This document shows, in pieces, positions 1 to 12,095 of a DNA stretch of 64,000 nucleotides. The stretch lies in assembly GCF_001194135.2 (NCBI RefSeq), contig NC_069001.1, forward strand, positions 37,706,021 to 37,770,020, in the 5' to 3' direction. The translations under genes and the position numbers were made by a program. Below the pieces are notes generated by a model. That model worked only from the letters and a program-made list of their open reading frames with translations. It did not search any database and was not told where the DNA came from. Positions within the stretch are counted from its first letter, which is position 1, and each line of letters starts with the position of its first letter. This stretch comes from Octopus bimaculoides. Its lineage: Eukaryota.

Positions 1-79
1 TGGCAAATCATTCTCTAGGAGTAATATGCTAACAACTCACAAACATATTCATACAGGTGAGAAACCCATTCCACTTTGA
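1..79 (+). CDS. 3' end of a C2H2 zinc-finger gene (starts upstream of the window)
   Basis: Frame from nt 2 reads [25 protein letters not shown] then TGA at 77-79. An extra C in the linker shifts the frame; decayed finger sequence follows. Confidence 0.85.
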   Translation, partial: GKSFSRSNMLTTHKHIHTGEKPIPL

Positions 80-2784
80 TATTTATAGCAAACTAGTTTT
101 CTGACTGACATAACTTCAGATGATAAATATATTCATAGAAAGGAAAAAAGACAACAGATATCTGTGATAAAAAATCTGAGAAAGTAACAATTTGTGTATT
201 TATTGATACAAAACTATAGCTGTAGCACTGTCAAAAGTCATTCATCATCTTGTAAAGATATTCGCACATGAAAGAAGATATAACAGTGTGATAACAACAC
301 TATTTTTTTTGTAACCATAACTACATCTATATTGGTGAGGTAACTTACCATTGTCATAATGTTAATAAAAGTAGATATATTTTATCTGACCTTGTTTCCA
401 GAAAGGAGAAAAAGATACAATTGATGTATTTGACATTGTGGGTAAACAATGGAGACATGTATTAAATCAGGATATAACAACAACATCTTTTTCTTTAAAT
501 AAAATATTTCATTATAACACAATAGGATATACTTAGAATATTTTGTGTGCATTATTTCATTTATCTAATCTCTATGCTTAGATATTATTTACATGCGTGG
601 TACATATATGGGCGTAGGATGAAAAAGTTTAACCTCCAACTGTGGTTTCAGGTTCAGTCCCATCACATGGCACCTTGGACATGTGACTTCTAACTTCAGC
701 CCTGAACCAAGCAAAACCTTGACGTTGGGTTTCGGTAAATGGAAACTGAAAGAAGCCTGTTGTGTGTATCTCCTTGTCTCAACATCACATAAAATTATGA
801 GCATGACAGTTACATGTGTGTACACACACACACACACACATTCTTATGTATGTATATATTAATGTGTGTTTCTCCTCCTCTTTCTCTGCAAGTTAAAGTT
901 TACAATCTCTACTTCAGATTTTACTGCTGGTGTTGTACTTGGAGAAGAGTGTCTCCATACATTGAAAACCAATGGGGGAAATAGGTAATAACTGAAATAG
1001 GAATGATATTTCAAGAAAAGCACTGCGAAACTTGAGGTGCATCTTAAGCCATCGAAAAGAGAATAGACACATACATATCCATTTGCATGTATGTGTGAGT
1101 GTGTATGTATGTAAATATATGTGTATATTGCTAGATTGATTTGATTAAAAGGGATTCATTAAGGATGTATCAAAGTGAAACATGCCACAATTATTGGCTG
1201 GACAAAATGATGCAAAACAGAGAATCTGTTATCATAGCACAGAATGCATTGATGATGAGATATTCATTGTTGTTAGGTAATGCACAGCTCTGATAACATC
1301 CAAAAGTGTCCAACAATGAATGGAACCTTAAGTGTGGCGTAAAAACAGACAAATGGGTTATCTGGTACTACTTCAGTTGTTTTGTGAAGAATCTTAATTG
1401 TAACATAAACATGATACAGTTAGGTATGCAGTAAGCACAACATCCATAAAGTTATGTAATGTTATACAACTCCCAACTCATCAGGTTTAACAAATATACA
1501 AGCAAACAGTAACATGTTGATATATCAATAAATAAATTACTTACCTTTAAGAAACGTGTGTGGGAGTGTAATCAGTCAATTATGAGGGTGGATATCAGAA
1601 TAAGGTTGTAAATTATAGAATTGTTAAAAGGTATATTTAAACTAAAGATGTCATTAAAGTTAATGACACCACTCATAGAAATTAGTACTGGCAAAACAGA
1701 CTTACAAACCAGCAGATGGTAGGTGCCAAACAGGACATTTAACTCTATCGTAATAATTTTGAAGTCAGTTGTTGATGTTCTCAAAAAGAAACCCATTTAC
1801 TCTGTTATATTGTTTTATGGATCAAACACGTGACATGGTTAATAAATTCAAACATTTCTTATTCATTTTCATCCTATTGGTTAAAGCGAACCTATTAATT
1901 ACTGTTGAACTAATAGAATATTAGCTATAATTAAGGCAGGTACAGTTATTTATTATTCAGGGAAAGTAATTTAAAGGGGAAAAATGCAGAGAATAGCAAA
2001 CGTTTGCAAAATTTCAAAGCCATGGATCCCAGCATTTTTGTTCACCAATATTTGCATGTTATTATTGAGAATAAAGCAAATCATTTAAAATCATGTAGGT
2101 CACATGATTAATAATAATAATAATTTAAACTTATGGGAAGCATTTAAGAAAATGTTAAAAGAATTGTAAAGGCCGTAACGAGGAAGGATTAAGCAATTAT
2201 AAGATAGCAAAACTAAGGTTAGAAGCAAATTGATTAAAGTTATCTGCCCCTCTCTCCCTATTCTCTCTGTCTCTCTCTCTCCTGTTCACCTTGTACCTTG
2301 AGGATACACCCTCACCATCTCCCTTTCCAACTGGGTAAGCCATATATTTCTTCTTCAGTCAGACACCTTTTTCCTATCCATCTGTCATATTTTCATCTCC
2401 CTCAATACTTGCTGTCACTCAGTCGAGAGATCTTGACCACACTAGTGTTGTCGATGGCATTAAAACAGCACTCAGAACACACTGTGAAGTGGTTGTCATT
2501 AGAAGGGTATCCAGCTGTTGGAACCATAGAAAAAGCAGACATTGGAGTTTGGTACAGTCAGTTCCTGCCAAACTGTTTGACCTATGCTGGTGTGGATTGA
2601 TCAGATGTTACGTGATAATGATGGTTAATGCTATGTAATAACTTCAGAAGACTTCTCAATGATTGCCATATCCATAGCAGGTATGAATATGGTTCAAGAC
2701 ATGAAGAGAGTGCAAAATTCTTGGACTTTTCTGATGCAATTTGCAACACACATTGGCCAGCCAATCAATCGGGACATGCGTGTT

Positions 2785-2950
2785 GGCACTCCGTCGCTTA
2801 CGATGTCGAGGGTTCCAGTTGATCCGATCAACGGAACAGCCTGCTCGTGAAATTAGCATGCAAGTGGCTGAGCACTCCACTGACACGTGTACCCTTAACG
2901 TAGTTCTCGGGGACATTCAACCTGACACAGTGTGACAGTGGGCATGCAAG
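2785..2950 (+). mobile_element. SINE-like repeat fragment
   Basis: CpG-rich gttggcactccgtcgcttacgatgtcgagggttccagttgatccgatcaacggaacagcctgctcgtg block recalled as a common octopus repeat; single copy here. Confidence 0.45.
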
Positions 2951-3013
2951 TCAGATGGTTTTCATTTTCAGTAGGATATATAATAGACAGACCACAGTGA
3001 ATACCAAATCCTT

Positions 3014-3330
3014 TCATTATCATCATCACCCATTGTCCATGCTGGTATGGGTTGGACAGTTTGACCAGGGTTGAGTGACTGCACCAGGCTCCAATCTGAT
3101 TTGGCATGGTTGTCTACGGCTGGATGCTCTTCCTAATGTCAACCACTTTGAGAGTGTTTTATGTGCTACTGGCACAGGTGTCTGTTGTGTGACACCAGAA
3201 TCTACCTCCAGTTGGCTTCATGGGTCTTCTCAAGCTTGACATATTGTCGAATGTTTTCGGTCACATGACACTGCCTCCATGAGGCCCAACACTCAAAAGG
3301 GGCTTCTTATGTGCCACCAGCACCAGCCAC
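3014..3330 (-). mobile_element. (GAT)n-tailed SINE-like repeat
   Basis: catcatcatc..ccatgctggtatgggttggacagtttgac..ctacggctggatgctcttcctaatg; same family as 57540..57734. Confidence 0.75.
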
Positions 3331-4151
3331 AAAGAATTCACTGCACAAATTATTGGTGAGTGACTCCAGAGTCAGAGATAGGTGAACTCTGAGTCAAGAA
3401 GACATGGAAATTAAGAGAATCTGAAGTTGTTCACAAATTTACAGAAATTCTAGTTGGTACACACAAATGTAAAAAGGACATACACATGTGTAGCATAGAT
3501 ATAAAACTCTTTTATTTCCCTCCGATCATCTTTACCTTTAAGGAAGCCTGTTTGTCCACCCAGCCATGGCAATTTCACTACTTTTCCTGTAAACTTTATG
3601 TACACACACACATCTTTTAGTTTTGAAAAGCGATGACTAAATTAGATGAGTTCCATTGTCCAGGAAAAGGTTTATACTTACAATTAATCAATATTGAAGG
3701 AATGTAATGAAATGTCCATTATTGAATGTCTTCAGCTGAAGTATCCTCAATATCTTATATTGTTTGTCTTCTTTTTTTTTTTTTTCAGAATATCTTATGT
3801 GGAAAAAAGTGGTTTTTATTTGAGATCTATCTTCAATATTCATCATTTAAAGACTAAAAATGGATGTTCAAGAAAACAGATGTACCCTTGTTTGTATCAA
3901 TCTCAGATAAAATTTCTGGGAAATATTTCCTATGAATAGAGAACACTGACAAAATTTCCTTAATTCACTGGGTACAAGATGATGTTTGCATTGTAATTAA
4001 TTTTGGATTACAAAAGCGTTTCCAGTATTTCCAAATAAAGACAAAGATCACACTTGATAGAGATGTTGGAGAAGAAGTATTTATTAGGGATAAAGTTATA
4101 AAGATCAAAAGAAGACTAACATCTGTATGTTGTGTGGGAGAGAAGGAAAAA

Positions 4152-5780
4152 ATGATGGAAAATGAATTCTGTGAGAAGAAGATTAAAGTTGAAGCACAAC
4201 CTGAAAGGATTGATTTTATTGATAATATAAAGAAAGAGAAAGAAAAAACTCTATACCATTGTAATATATGTGGCAAATCATTCTCTAGGAAAGACAGCCT
4301 AACTACTCACAAAGATATTCATACAGGAGAGAAACCACATCACTGTGATGTCTGTGGTAAATCATTCTCAGCTATTGGTTCCTTAAATACTCACAAACGA
4401 ATTCACACAGGAGAGAAACCATATCTCTGTAATATCTGTGGTAAATCATTCTCTCAAATAGGTCACTTAATTACACACAAGCGCATTCATACAGGAGAGA
4501 AGCCATACCACTGTGATATCTGTGGTAAATCGTTCTCTGAAAAGGGTGTCCTAAAAAAACACAAACACATTCATACAGGAGATAAACCTTATCTCTGTGA
4601 CATCTGTGGGAAATCGTTCTCTCAACAAGGGATCTTAACTAAACACAAACGCACTCATACAGGAGAGAAACCATATCACTGTGACATATGTGGTAAATCA
4701 TTCTCTGCAAGTGGTAACTTAATTAAACACAAACATATTCATATAAGAGATAAACCTTATCATTGTGATGTCTGTGATAAATCATTCTCTCAGAGACATT
4801 CCTTAACTGCTCACATATGTATTCATACAGGAAAGAAACCATTTGACAGTGATATCCATGGTAAATTATTCAATGAAACTAGTCACTTAAGTAAACACAA
4901 GAGTCTTCAGACAGCAGAAAAGCCATATGACTGTGATATCTGTGGTAAATCATTCTCTCTAAGTAGTAACTTAACTACACACAAACACATTCATACAGGA
5001 GAAAAACCACATCCCTGTGACATTTGTGGTAAAACATTCTCTCAGAGTGGTAACTTAGTTATACACAAACGTATGCATACAGGAGAGAAGCCATATCCTT
5101 GTGATATCTGTGGTAAGTCATTCCCTCTAAGTGTTAATTTAACCACACACAAACGCATTCATACAGGACACGAACCATATCATTGTGACATATGTGGTAA
5201 ATCATTTTCTGCAAATGGTAACTTAATTAAACACAAACATATTCATATAGGAGATAAACCTTATCATTGTGACATCTGTGATAAATCATTCTCTCAGAGA
5301 CATTCCTTAACTGCTCACATATGTATTCATACAGGAAAGAAGCCATTTAACAGTGATATCCATGGTAAATTATTCAATGAAACTAGTCACTTAAGTAAGC
5401 ACAAAAGTCTTCAGACAGCAGAAAAGCCATATCACTGTGATATCTGTGGTAAGTCATTCTCTCAAAGTGGTAACTTAACTACACACAAACACATTCATAC
5501 AGGAGAAAAACCATATCCTTGTGACATTTGTGGCAAATCATTCTCTCAAAGTGGTAATTTGGTTATACACAAACGTATGCATACAGGAGAGAAGCCATAT
5601 CCTTGTGATATCTGTGGTAAGTCATTCTCTCTAAGAGGTAACTTGACCACACACAAACGCATTCATTCAGGAGAGAAACCATATCACTGTGACACATGTG
5701 GTAAATCATTTTCTGCAAACGGTAACTTAATTACACACAAACATATTCATATAGGAGAGAGAGAAACCATACCACTGTAA
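4152..5780 (+). CDS. C2H2 zinc-finger protein, 18 finger units (2 degenerate), with internal 504-bp duplication
   Basis: ORF track 4134..5780; first ATG at 4152. Repeated CxxC-x12-HxxxH units with TGEKPY linkers. Confidence 0.93.
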   Translation: MMENEFCEKKIKVEAQPERIDFIDNIKKEKEKTLYHCNICGKSFSRKDSLTTHKDIHTGEKPHHCDVCGKSFSAIGSLNTHKRIHTGEKPYLCNICGKSFSQIGHLITHKRIHTGEKPYHCDICGKSFSEKGVLKKHKHIHTGDKPYLCDICGKSFSQQGILTKHKRTHTGEKPYHCDICGKSFSASGNLIKHKHIHIRDKPYHCDVCDKSFSQRHSLTAHICIHTGKKPFDSDIHGKLFNETSHLSKHKSLQTAEKPYDCDICGKSFSLSSNLTTHKHIHTGEKPHPCDICGKTFSQSGNLVIHKRMHTGEKPYPCDICGKSFPLSVNLTTHKRIHTGHEPYHCDICGKSFSANGNLIKHKHIHIGDKPYHCDICDKSFSQRHSLTAHICIHTGKKPFNSDIHGKLFNETSHLSKHKSLQTAEKPYHCDICGKSFSQSGNLTTHKHIHTGEKPYPCDICGKSFSQSGNLVIHKRMHTGEKPYPCDICGKSFSLRGNLTTHKRIHSGEKPYHCDTCGKSFSANGNLITHKHIHIGERETIPL

Positions 5781-6687
5781 TAGTTGTAAATCATTCTCTG
5801 ATAAAAAGATACTTAACTAAACCTGTAGCTATTCAAACAGATCATCAACTGTAACAATATTAAAATTCAGCTTGTGCTAAATACAACGATGCATGTGTGC
5901 AATTAAAATTTTATTCATTACATTAATTATTTTGTTTTTGTTATTATAATGTTCTGAACGTTGACAGTTTACTGCAGTAATTGAGTGGTTTTATCAGTTT
6001 AAAGCTTGTGTACCACATATTGGAAAATATCAAAATTGATACTTCCTTAGTATAAATAAATACACAATTGATTTCTAATATTGATATAAGAACACATACT
6101 TTGGAGAAGTTCAGGGTATATTAAATTCATTTCAGTATTTGACAAGTCTTACTATTCATTGCATGAGATTGCAGCCACATGCATCATAAGAAAATAGGAG
6201 TTGCATGAAGCAGCAGGCAAATGTACCTTGAAGTCCCTACAAAGACATTCCACAGGCTTTGCTGTCTTGATCAGAATTCCTTGTTGTGGGTCATAGATAT
6301 AAGGTTTTAATTTAGCACAAACCCTACAAAAAGTGCATTGACTCTAAAAAACTGGGACGTTGTTTACTCAAACAAACTACAGTAACTGGTTATTCCAGAA
6401 TTACAGAGACAATTGTGCATTTGCGAAATATAGAAGCAAAGGAATCTGAACAGGTGTGTACCTGAGTAAATTGGTCAAAGACCCCCTTTTTCTTTATTAT
6501 CAAAACTGTATTTCACTAGTGAATGACAAGTTTTATGTGTGGAATAAGTTGTCGTTTGTTTCAGTGAGATGTACAGGTATGTATGCACGTACGTATGTAT
6601 GTCTCTGATACAGAAGTGCAAAGGTGAGCAGGAACGAGAAAAAAATCTATGTACCAGAATGGATAAGTGAATGTTGAGGTGGTTTGA

Positions 6688-7233
6688 AATTATTTGCAAA
6701 ATTTCTCTACTTCACCGTCTGAAATATGTATAAACTTATATTCTGAAGGAATATGCAGCATCTTCAAGTATCAACAAAGATTACAGTCGAATGAAATATA
6801 GCGGAAGAATTATTTGTTAGGAATAAAAGATATTAATAAACAGAAGGAAAATATGTGAATATTGTAGAGACAGAGAAAAGTAATGGATGTTAAATTAGAT
6901 GAGAAACAGGGCCAGTGTGAAACTCTCACTCAAAGTAATTGTGTCCCTGATGATAGAATGAAAAAGAAAGAAAAAGGGTTCTACCAATGTGATTTCTGTA
7001 AGAAGGTATTTGCTCAGAAGTGTTACCTAACTATTCACAAACATATTCATACTGGAGAGAAACCATACCAGTGTGATGTCTGCGGTAAATCATTTCCTAG
7101 AAGAGATAACCTAACAATTCACAAACGAATTTATACAGGAGAAAAACCACATCAGTGTGATATCTGTCGTAAATCATTCTCTATAAATGGTTCTTTTATC
7201 AATCACAAACGCATACATACAATTGGCTCATAA
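6688..7233 (+). pseudogene. Truncated ZNF copy (leader plus 3 fingers), paralogue of the 27496..29019 gene
   Basis: ORF 6883..7233 matches the N-terminus MDVKLDEKQGQCETLTQSNC of the 29019 gene. Homology starts about 6688 (no acceptor or first exon) and stops at about 7220, where a SINE begins. Confidence 0.85.
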
Positions 7234-7473
7234 GGGCCGATTTCCCGGTTTCATTGGCGTATAGGTTCCCCACATGGATGGGACATCGGTCCATCACAGG
7301 TGAGCTGTTAGATGCAGGAGGAAAGAGCAGATATTCACCATTACCTTCTGCCAGAGCCGCATGGAGCTCAGGTGTTTCGCCCATAAACACACACATCGCC
7401 TGATCCGAGATTCAAACTCATGATCCTTCGATCGCGAGTCCACTGAGCTAACCACTAGGCTATGTGCCTCCAC
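7222..7473 (-). mobile_element. tRNA-headed SINE truncating the 6883 ZNF copy
   Basis: Minus strand starts gtggaggcacatagcctagtggttag...gagtttgaatctc (A-box and B-box like). Confidence 0.75.
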
Positions 7474-7530
7474 GATCTTAATTGCTATCCAGAATTACAC
7501 TAGCTGGGATTTATGAGGGAATGGTATGTA

Positions 7531-7615
7531 CCGTGTTTCCCCGAAAATAAACCCTAGTGCGTTTTGGGGTATGCAAAATTAATATAAGACCAGGTCTATT
7601 TTCGGGGAAACACGG
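7531..7615. mobile_element. Short Tc1/mariner-type MITE
   Basis: Terminal inverted repeats ccgtgtttccccgaaaata / tattttcggggaaacacgg flanked by TA on both sides. Confidence 0.75.
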
Positions 7616-7911
7616 TATTTAGTACTGGAGTTAAGAAACAAACTACGAGCTACGTAATATCTGCATTATGAGTACGTTTCGTTTTTTCTGTGTCGAGTTT
7701 TATTCTCTGCGTTTATATTTTACTTCCGCTTTTGTTGCGATCTGATTAGAGTCAGTTCCCCCCTGATAAATACGGATTTAGAAGACAAAATATATAAAGT
7801 AGATTACGTTAAAATTGTTAAAACTTGCTAAATAATTCTATTGTTTGATAAACATCGTTATTACTGGATCAGATCTAGTTTACAACTGCCATTTAGGGGA
7901 TCCAGTTAAAC

Positions 7912-8400
7912 ATAGATGATTGTTGCTAATGAACTGTGGGAAGAAATAGCAACAACATTCTTTATTATGTCGACGTGGAAAATCTAAATGAAGGTTTGTT
8001 GTAAAATATAGTTGTGTTGAAGCTGTCATTGTCCAGTCTGAGTTGTGACTACTTGAATCTATCGTGACATCTTCGTCATTGGCTTTATATTAGTATGTAA
8101 GTATTATTAACAGAAACAACATCTACATTGTATAGGTCATGTCTTCTTTCTACTCCATCTGTTTGTTTTGATGTGTTCAAAGATGAAGTAAAGAAGAAAT
8201 TTTACTAAAGTAACGATGCTGTCTTAATCCCCATACGATAAGCTGTCACAGATGTAATATATGTTTTTATAGACTTCCTATTTCCTGGAAGAAATGTATC
8301 TCTTCCTGTTTTTCTGAAATGTTTTACTTTCAATAATTTTTGCATGTCCAGTAATTCAAGTAAGAGGAGGAGAGTTTCAGGGTATTTGGTCAACAGTGTA
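7912..8400 (+). promoter_or_regulatory. Conserved 5' module (non-coding exon, GTAAGT donor at 8097, intronic block) of the 9843 gene; predicted acceptor at 9300-9301
   Basis: gctgtcattgtccagtctgagttgtgactacttgaatctatcgtgacatcttcgtcattggct...tat|gtaagtatt recurs upstream of eight genes, always co-oriented with the gene. Confidence 0.7.
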
Positions 8401-9084
8401 CAGAAGCATTATTTACATTTGACAGATATTTGTCCTCATCTTATTTTTTGTTAACACAACGTTTCGACTGAGGTACCCTCCAACCTTCATCAGGTGTCTT
8501 GGGAAAATTTCGAACCGGGGTTCTCATTCCTAAGGTTTATAGATGTATAAGCCCTAAAATTCACTCCATAATTGCCCACGGGCATATGGCGTTGTGGTTA
8601 AGACCTGAATAATAATAATGATAACATCGAAAAATATCTTAGGAATGAGAACCCAGGTTCTGATGAAGGCTGGAGGGTATATCAGCTGTAAATATGATTT
8701 TATATTCTAATTAATCTTACATTATATAAAAAAAAAGAAGAGTCTAATGGGTGTCACGCAACTGGCACAGGTGCCAGTTGCGTGACACCAACATCTGCCA
8801 CAACTATGATTTCACTTCTACTCAAGCACAGCGCATTGCTGAAGGTCTCGGTCATTTGTCATTGCCTCTGTAAATATATGTGTGTGTGTATATAATTGTG
8901 CTCCACACATCCTCTCGCCATACTTGGTCTGCAGGCTGCCATTGATTAATGGAAACCAAAATAAAGTCTTCAAAGAAGAAATAAAGTATCTGACATGAAA
9001 GAGGAAGTTATGGAAAGGCAGTCACGTTTATCTATTAGGACATTTCACTGTATTAACCAGACGTTGTTAGACATCGCTGCTTAC

Positions 9085-9295
9085 NNNNNNNNNNNNNNNN
9101 NNNNNNNNNNNNNNNNNNNNNNNNNNNNNNNNNNNNNNNNNNNNNNNNNNNNNNNNNNNNNNNNNNNNNNNNNNNNNNNNNNNNNNNNNNNNNNNNNNNN
9201 NNNNNNNNNNNNNNNNNNNNNNNNNNNNNNNNNNNNNNNNNNNNNNNNNNNNNNNNNNNNNNNNNNNNNNNNNNNNNNNNNNNNNNNNNNNNNNN
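9085..9295. other. Assembly gap (N run)
   Basis: Run of N. Confidence 1.
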
Positions 9296-9842
9296 TTTCA
9301 GAATATCAGATGACATTGGCATAGTAGAAAGTTTTAAAGACTAAAGGAAAGTCTTATACACAAGAGACATAAACTTGTTTATATAAATCTATGCAAGAAT
9401 TTCTGTGAAATATTTGATCTGAACAGAGACAAGTTTCCAAAATTTCCCTTCTTCGTTCTCTGAAATGTGTACAGTATGATTTCAAGTTTTAATTAAACTT
9501 TGGATTGCAAAACAGTTTGCAGCATATTCCAATATCAACAGAGGTCACAATTGACAGAAACATAACAGAAGAAACATTTGCGAGGAATAAAATATAAAAG
9601 CAAAATTTTTAAATTATTGAAAAAGTTGCAAGACGCAATGAAAATTTTAGAAAAATAAAAAAGAAATAAGTGGAAATTTTACCGGTGAGTGTGTTAAATG
9701 ATAAGGCACTAAAAGAGAATGACTCTTCCCAGACAACAGAATATGCTTCAACACAAGAAATCACATAAAGAATCTTGCAAACCAAATCCAAAAATGAAAT
9801 AAAACTAAAAAAAAACTATTTGTTTCTTGTGGTTGTAAAATT

Positions 9843-10877
9843 ATGGAAGATAAACTATGTGAGACCAAGGCTATATGTGAAATACAGTCAAATAATATTG
9901 ATTTTCCTGGTGGTAAAATGAAGGAGAAAGAAAAGCCATTACACCACTGTGACATCTGTAAAAAATCATTCACAACCAAAAGTAACTTAACTACTCATAA
10001 ACTTATTCATACAGGAGAGAAAAAATATAACTGTAATATATGCAAAAAGTCTTTCTCTCGAAAAGGGAATTTAGGTGCTCACAAACGTATTCATACAGGA
10101 GAAGAACCATATCATTGTGATATCTGTGGTAAATCCTTCTCTGTAAGTAGTAGCTTAACTACTCACAAACGTATTCATACAGGTGAGGAGCCATATCAGT
10201 GTGATATTTGTAAAAAGTCTTTCTCCCAAACAGGTACATTGACTGCTCACAGACGTATTCACACTGGAGAGAAACCATATCACTGTGATATCTGTGGTAA
10301 ATCATTCTCTATTAATAGTCACTTAACTACTCACAAACGTATTCATACAGGGGAGAAACCATATCACTGTGATATCTGTGGTAAGTTATTTTCTGGAAAT
10401 AGTTCTTTAAATCTGCACAGACGCATTCACACAGGAGAAATGCCATATCACTGTGAATTCTGCGGGAAATCGTTCTCTGGGAGTAGTGATTTAACTAGAC
10501 ACAAACGTATTCATACAGGAGAAGAACCATATCGTTGTGATGTATGTGGTAAATCATTCTCTTTAAGTGGTAACTTAAGTAAACACAAAGTTATTCATTC
10601 AGAAGAGAAGTTACATCATTGTGATATCTGTGGTAAATCATTCTTTAGAAGAAATAATGTAACTAGACACAAATATATTCATATGAGAGAGAAGCCACAC
10701 CACTGTGATATCTGTGGTAAGTCATTCTCTGAAAAAAGTTCCTTAAACATACACAAATGTATTCATACAGGAGATAAACGATACCAGTGTGATGTCTGTC
10801 ACAAGTCGTTCACTCAGAAATGTAACCTAACCACTCACAAACGTATTCATTACAAGAGAGAATCTACACCCCTGTGA
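9843..10877 (+). CDS. C2H2 zinc-finger protein, 11 fingers
   Basis: 344-aa ORF, ATG in aaaattATGgaa context, 11 CxxC..HxxxH units; ends HYKRESTPL*. Confidence 0.93.
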   Translation: MEDKLCETKAICEIQSNNIDFPGGKMKEKEKPLHHCDICKKSFTTKSNLTTHKLIHTGEKKYNCNICKKSFSRKGNLGAHKRIHTGEEPYHCDICGKSFSVSSSLTTHKRIHTGEEPYQCDICKKSFSQTGTLTAHRRIHTGEKPYHCDICGKSFSINSHLTTHKRIHTGEKPYHCDICGKLFSGNSSLNLHRRIHTGEMPYHCEFCGKSFSGSSDLTRHKRIHTGEEPYRCDVCGKSFSLSGNLSKHKVIHSEEKLHHCDICGKSFFRRNNVTRHKYIHMREKPHHCDICGKSFSEKSSLNIHKCIHTGDKRYQCDVCHKSFTQKCNLTTHKRIHYKRESTPL

Positions 10878-11249
10878 AATCTGACAAATCATTCTTTCAG
10901 ACTTCTCTGTCCAGGACACACAAACATATTCTTGCAGTAGGGAACTGTGATGTCTATTATAAATCAGTATCTGAAAAAAGCTGCTTAACTAAATATGTAG
11001 TTATTCAAACAGAACACTAACTATCAATTTTAAAATTCACCTTGTAAATACAATTATATGTGTGTACAATTAAAATTGTATTCAAATTAATTAGTTCCTT
11101 CTTGTTGTTGTTATAATTGTAACGTCCAACCCATGCCAGATGGAAAAACGGACGTTAAATGATGATAATGAAATATTGATTGTTTACTTTGTTATAATTT
11201 AGTGATTTTTATCAATATACGACCAGCATATTGGAAAATATCAATATTG

Positions 11250-11779
11250 AAGGCAACGTAAAAGTGGGATGCGTGGTGGCTGCTGCATGTCATCAGACAG
11301 CAGCAGAAGCGTGCGGACGTCAGCTGCCGCTCCGTTAGTGGGCACAAATACTCGCACAGCAATCCACAGAGCAAACGCCAACTGATGGTGGTGGTGGTGG
11401 CCATGGCGGAAGAAAGAAACAGGATGGAGAAGACGACGCATTAGCAGCGGGTGTGAGGAGACGGAGTACTTTTTCGAGTGGTACTCTTTTCTTCCCCCTC
11501 TCTTCCTTTCGTCGTCACTCTGCTCTGTTATATGTCTCCGCCGTGCTTCGAGCACGTGGTGGTGGTCATCGAAAGACGAATGCAAAGCAGCACAACAATG
11601 ACAGTCTGATATGGTGAGAGTTAGAGGATTGAACGACGCACTCGTCGGGCAGGAGGTGGGCCATTTCGAAAAGCTTGCTGGGCAGTGGATTGCTTTGAAA
11701 AACGACCCACCACCCAGCTCGCCCTTTCCCGACTCACTGCAACTGCCAACAGTGGCGAAAGACAGCATTTTCATGTCCT
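11250..11779 (-). other. Probable ITS2-derived sequence
   Basis: Abruptly GC-rich segment lying downstream of the 5.8S piece on the minus strand; assigned by position only. Confidence 0.6.
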
Positions 11780-11866
11780 GACCGCCTCTTGACTGGACGG
11801 AGCCCTGCGACGATGGGATCCCAGAGCCACAATGCGCATTCGAGGTGTCGATGTTCACTGAGTCCT
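11780..11866 (-). rRNA. 3' half of 5.8S rRNA (pseudogenic fragment)
   Basis: gccacaatgcgcattcgaggtgtcgatgttcactgagtcct matches the reverse complement of 5.8S GGACACATTGATCATCGACACTTCGAACGCACTTGCGGC. The 5' half is absent. Confidence 0.8.
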
Positions 11867-12095
11867 TAAAAGAAAGAAATGAAGGCAAGTGTGGTGCTGG
11901 CGAGAGAGTGTGTGCACAGTTGGCAGCATGTGGATGGCTGTCAGAAGATGGGCAATGGCGGCCACCGCATGAGCACTGTCAGAGGGCCAAGAAGGCGAGG
12001 TGGCTTAGCTGCAGCTATGATGATGGATCGGAGTCGAGAACAATAGTGAGAAGGTTACTGATATAAAACTGACAAGCACTCGCTCGTGATCTGGT
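11867..12095 (-). other. Probable partial ITS1
   Basis: GC-rich spacer between the 18S 3' end and the 5.8S fragment. Confidence 0.65.

Noticed and set aside
11241-11888. 215-aa minus-strand ORF and neighbouring GC-rich ORFs
   Set aside because: They lie in ITS/5.8S-derived sequence; GC richness explains the lack of stops, and no domain is recognisable.
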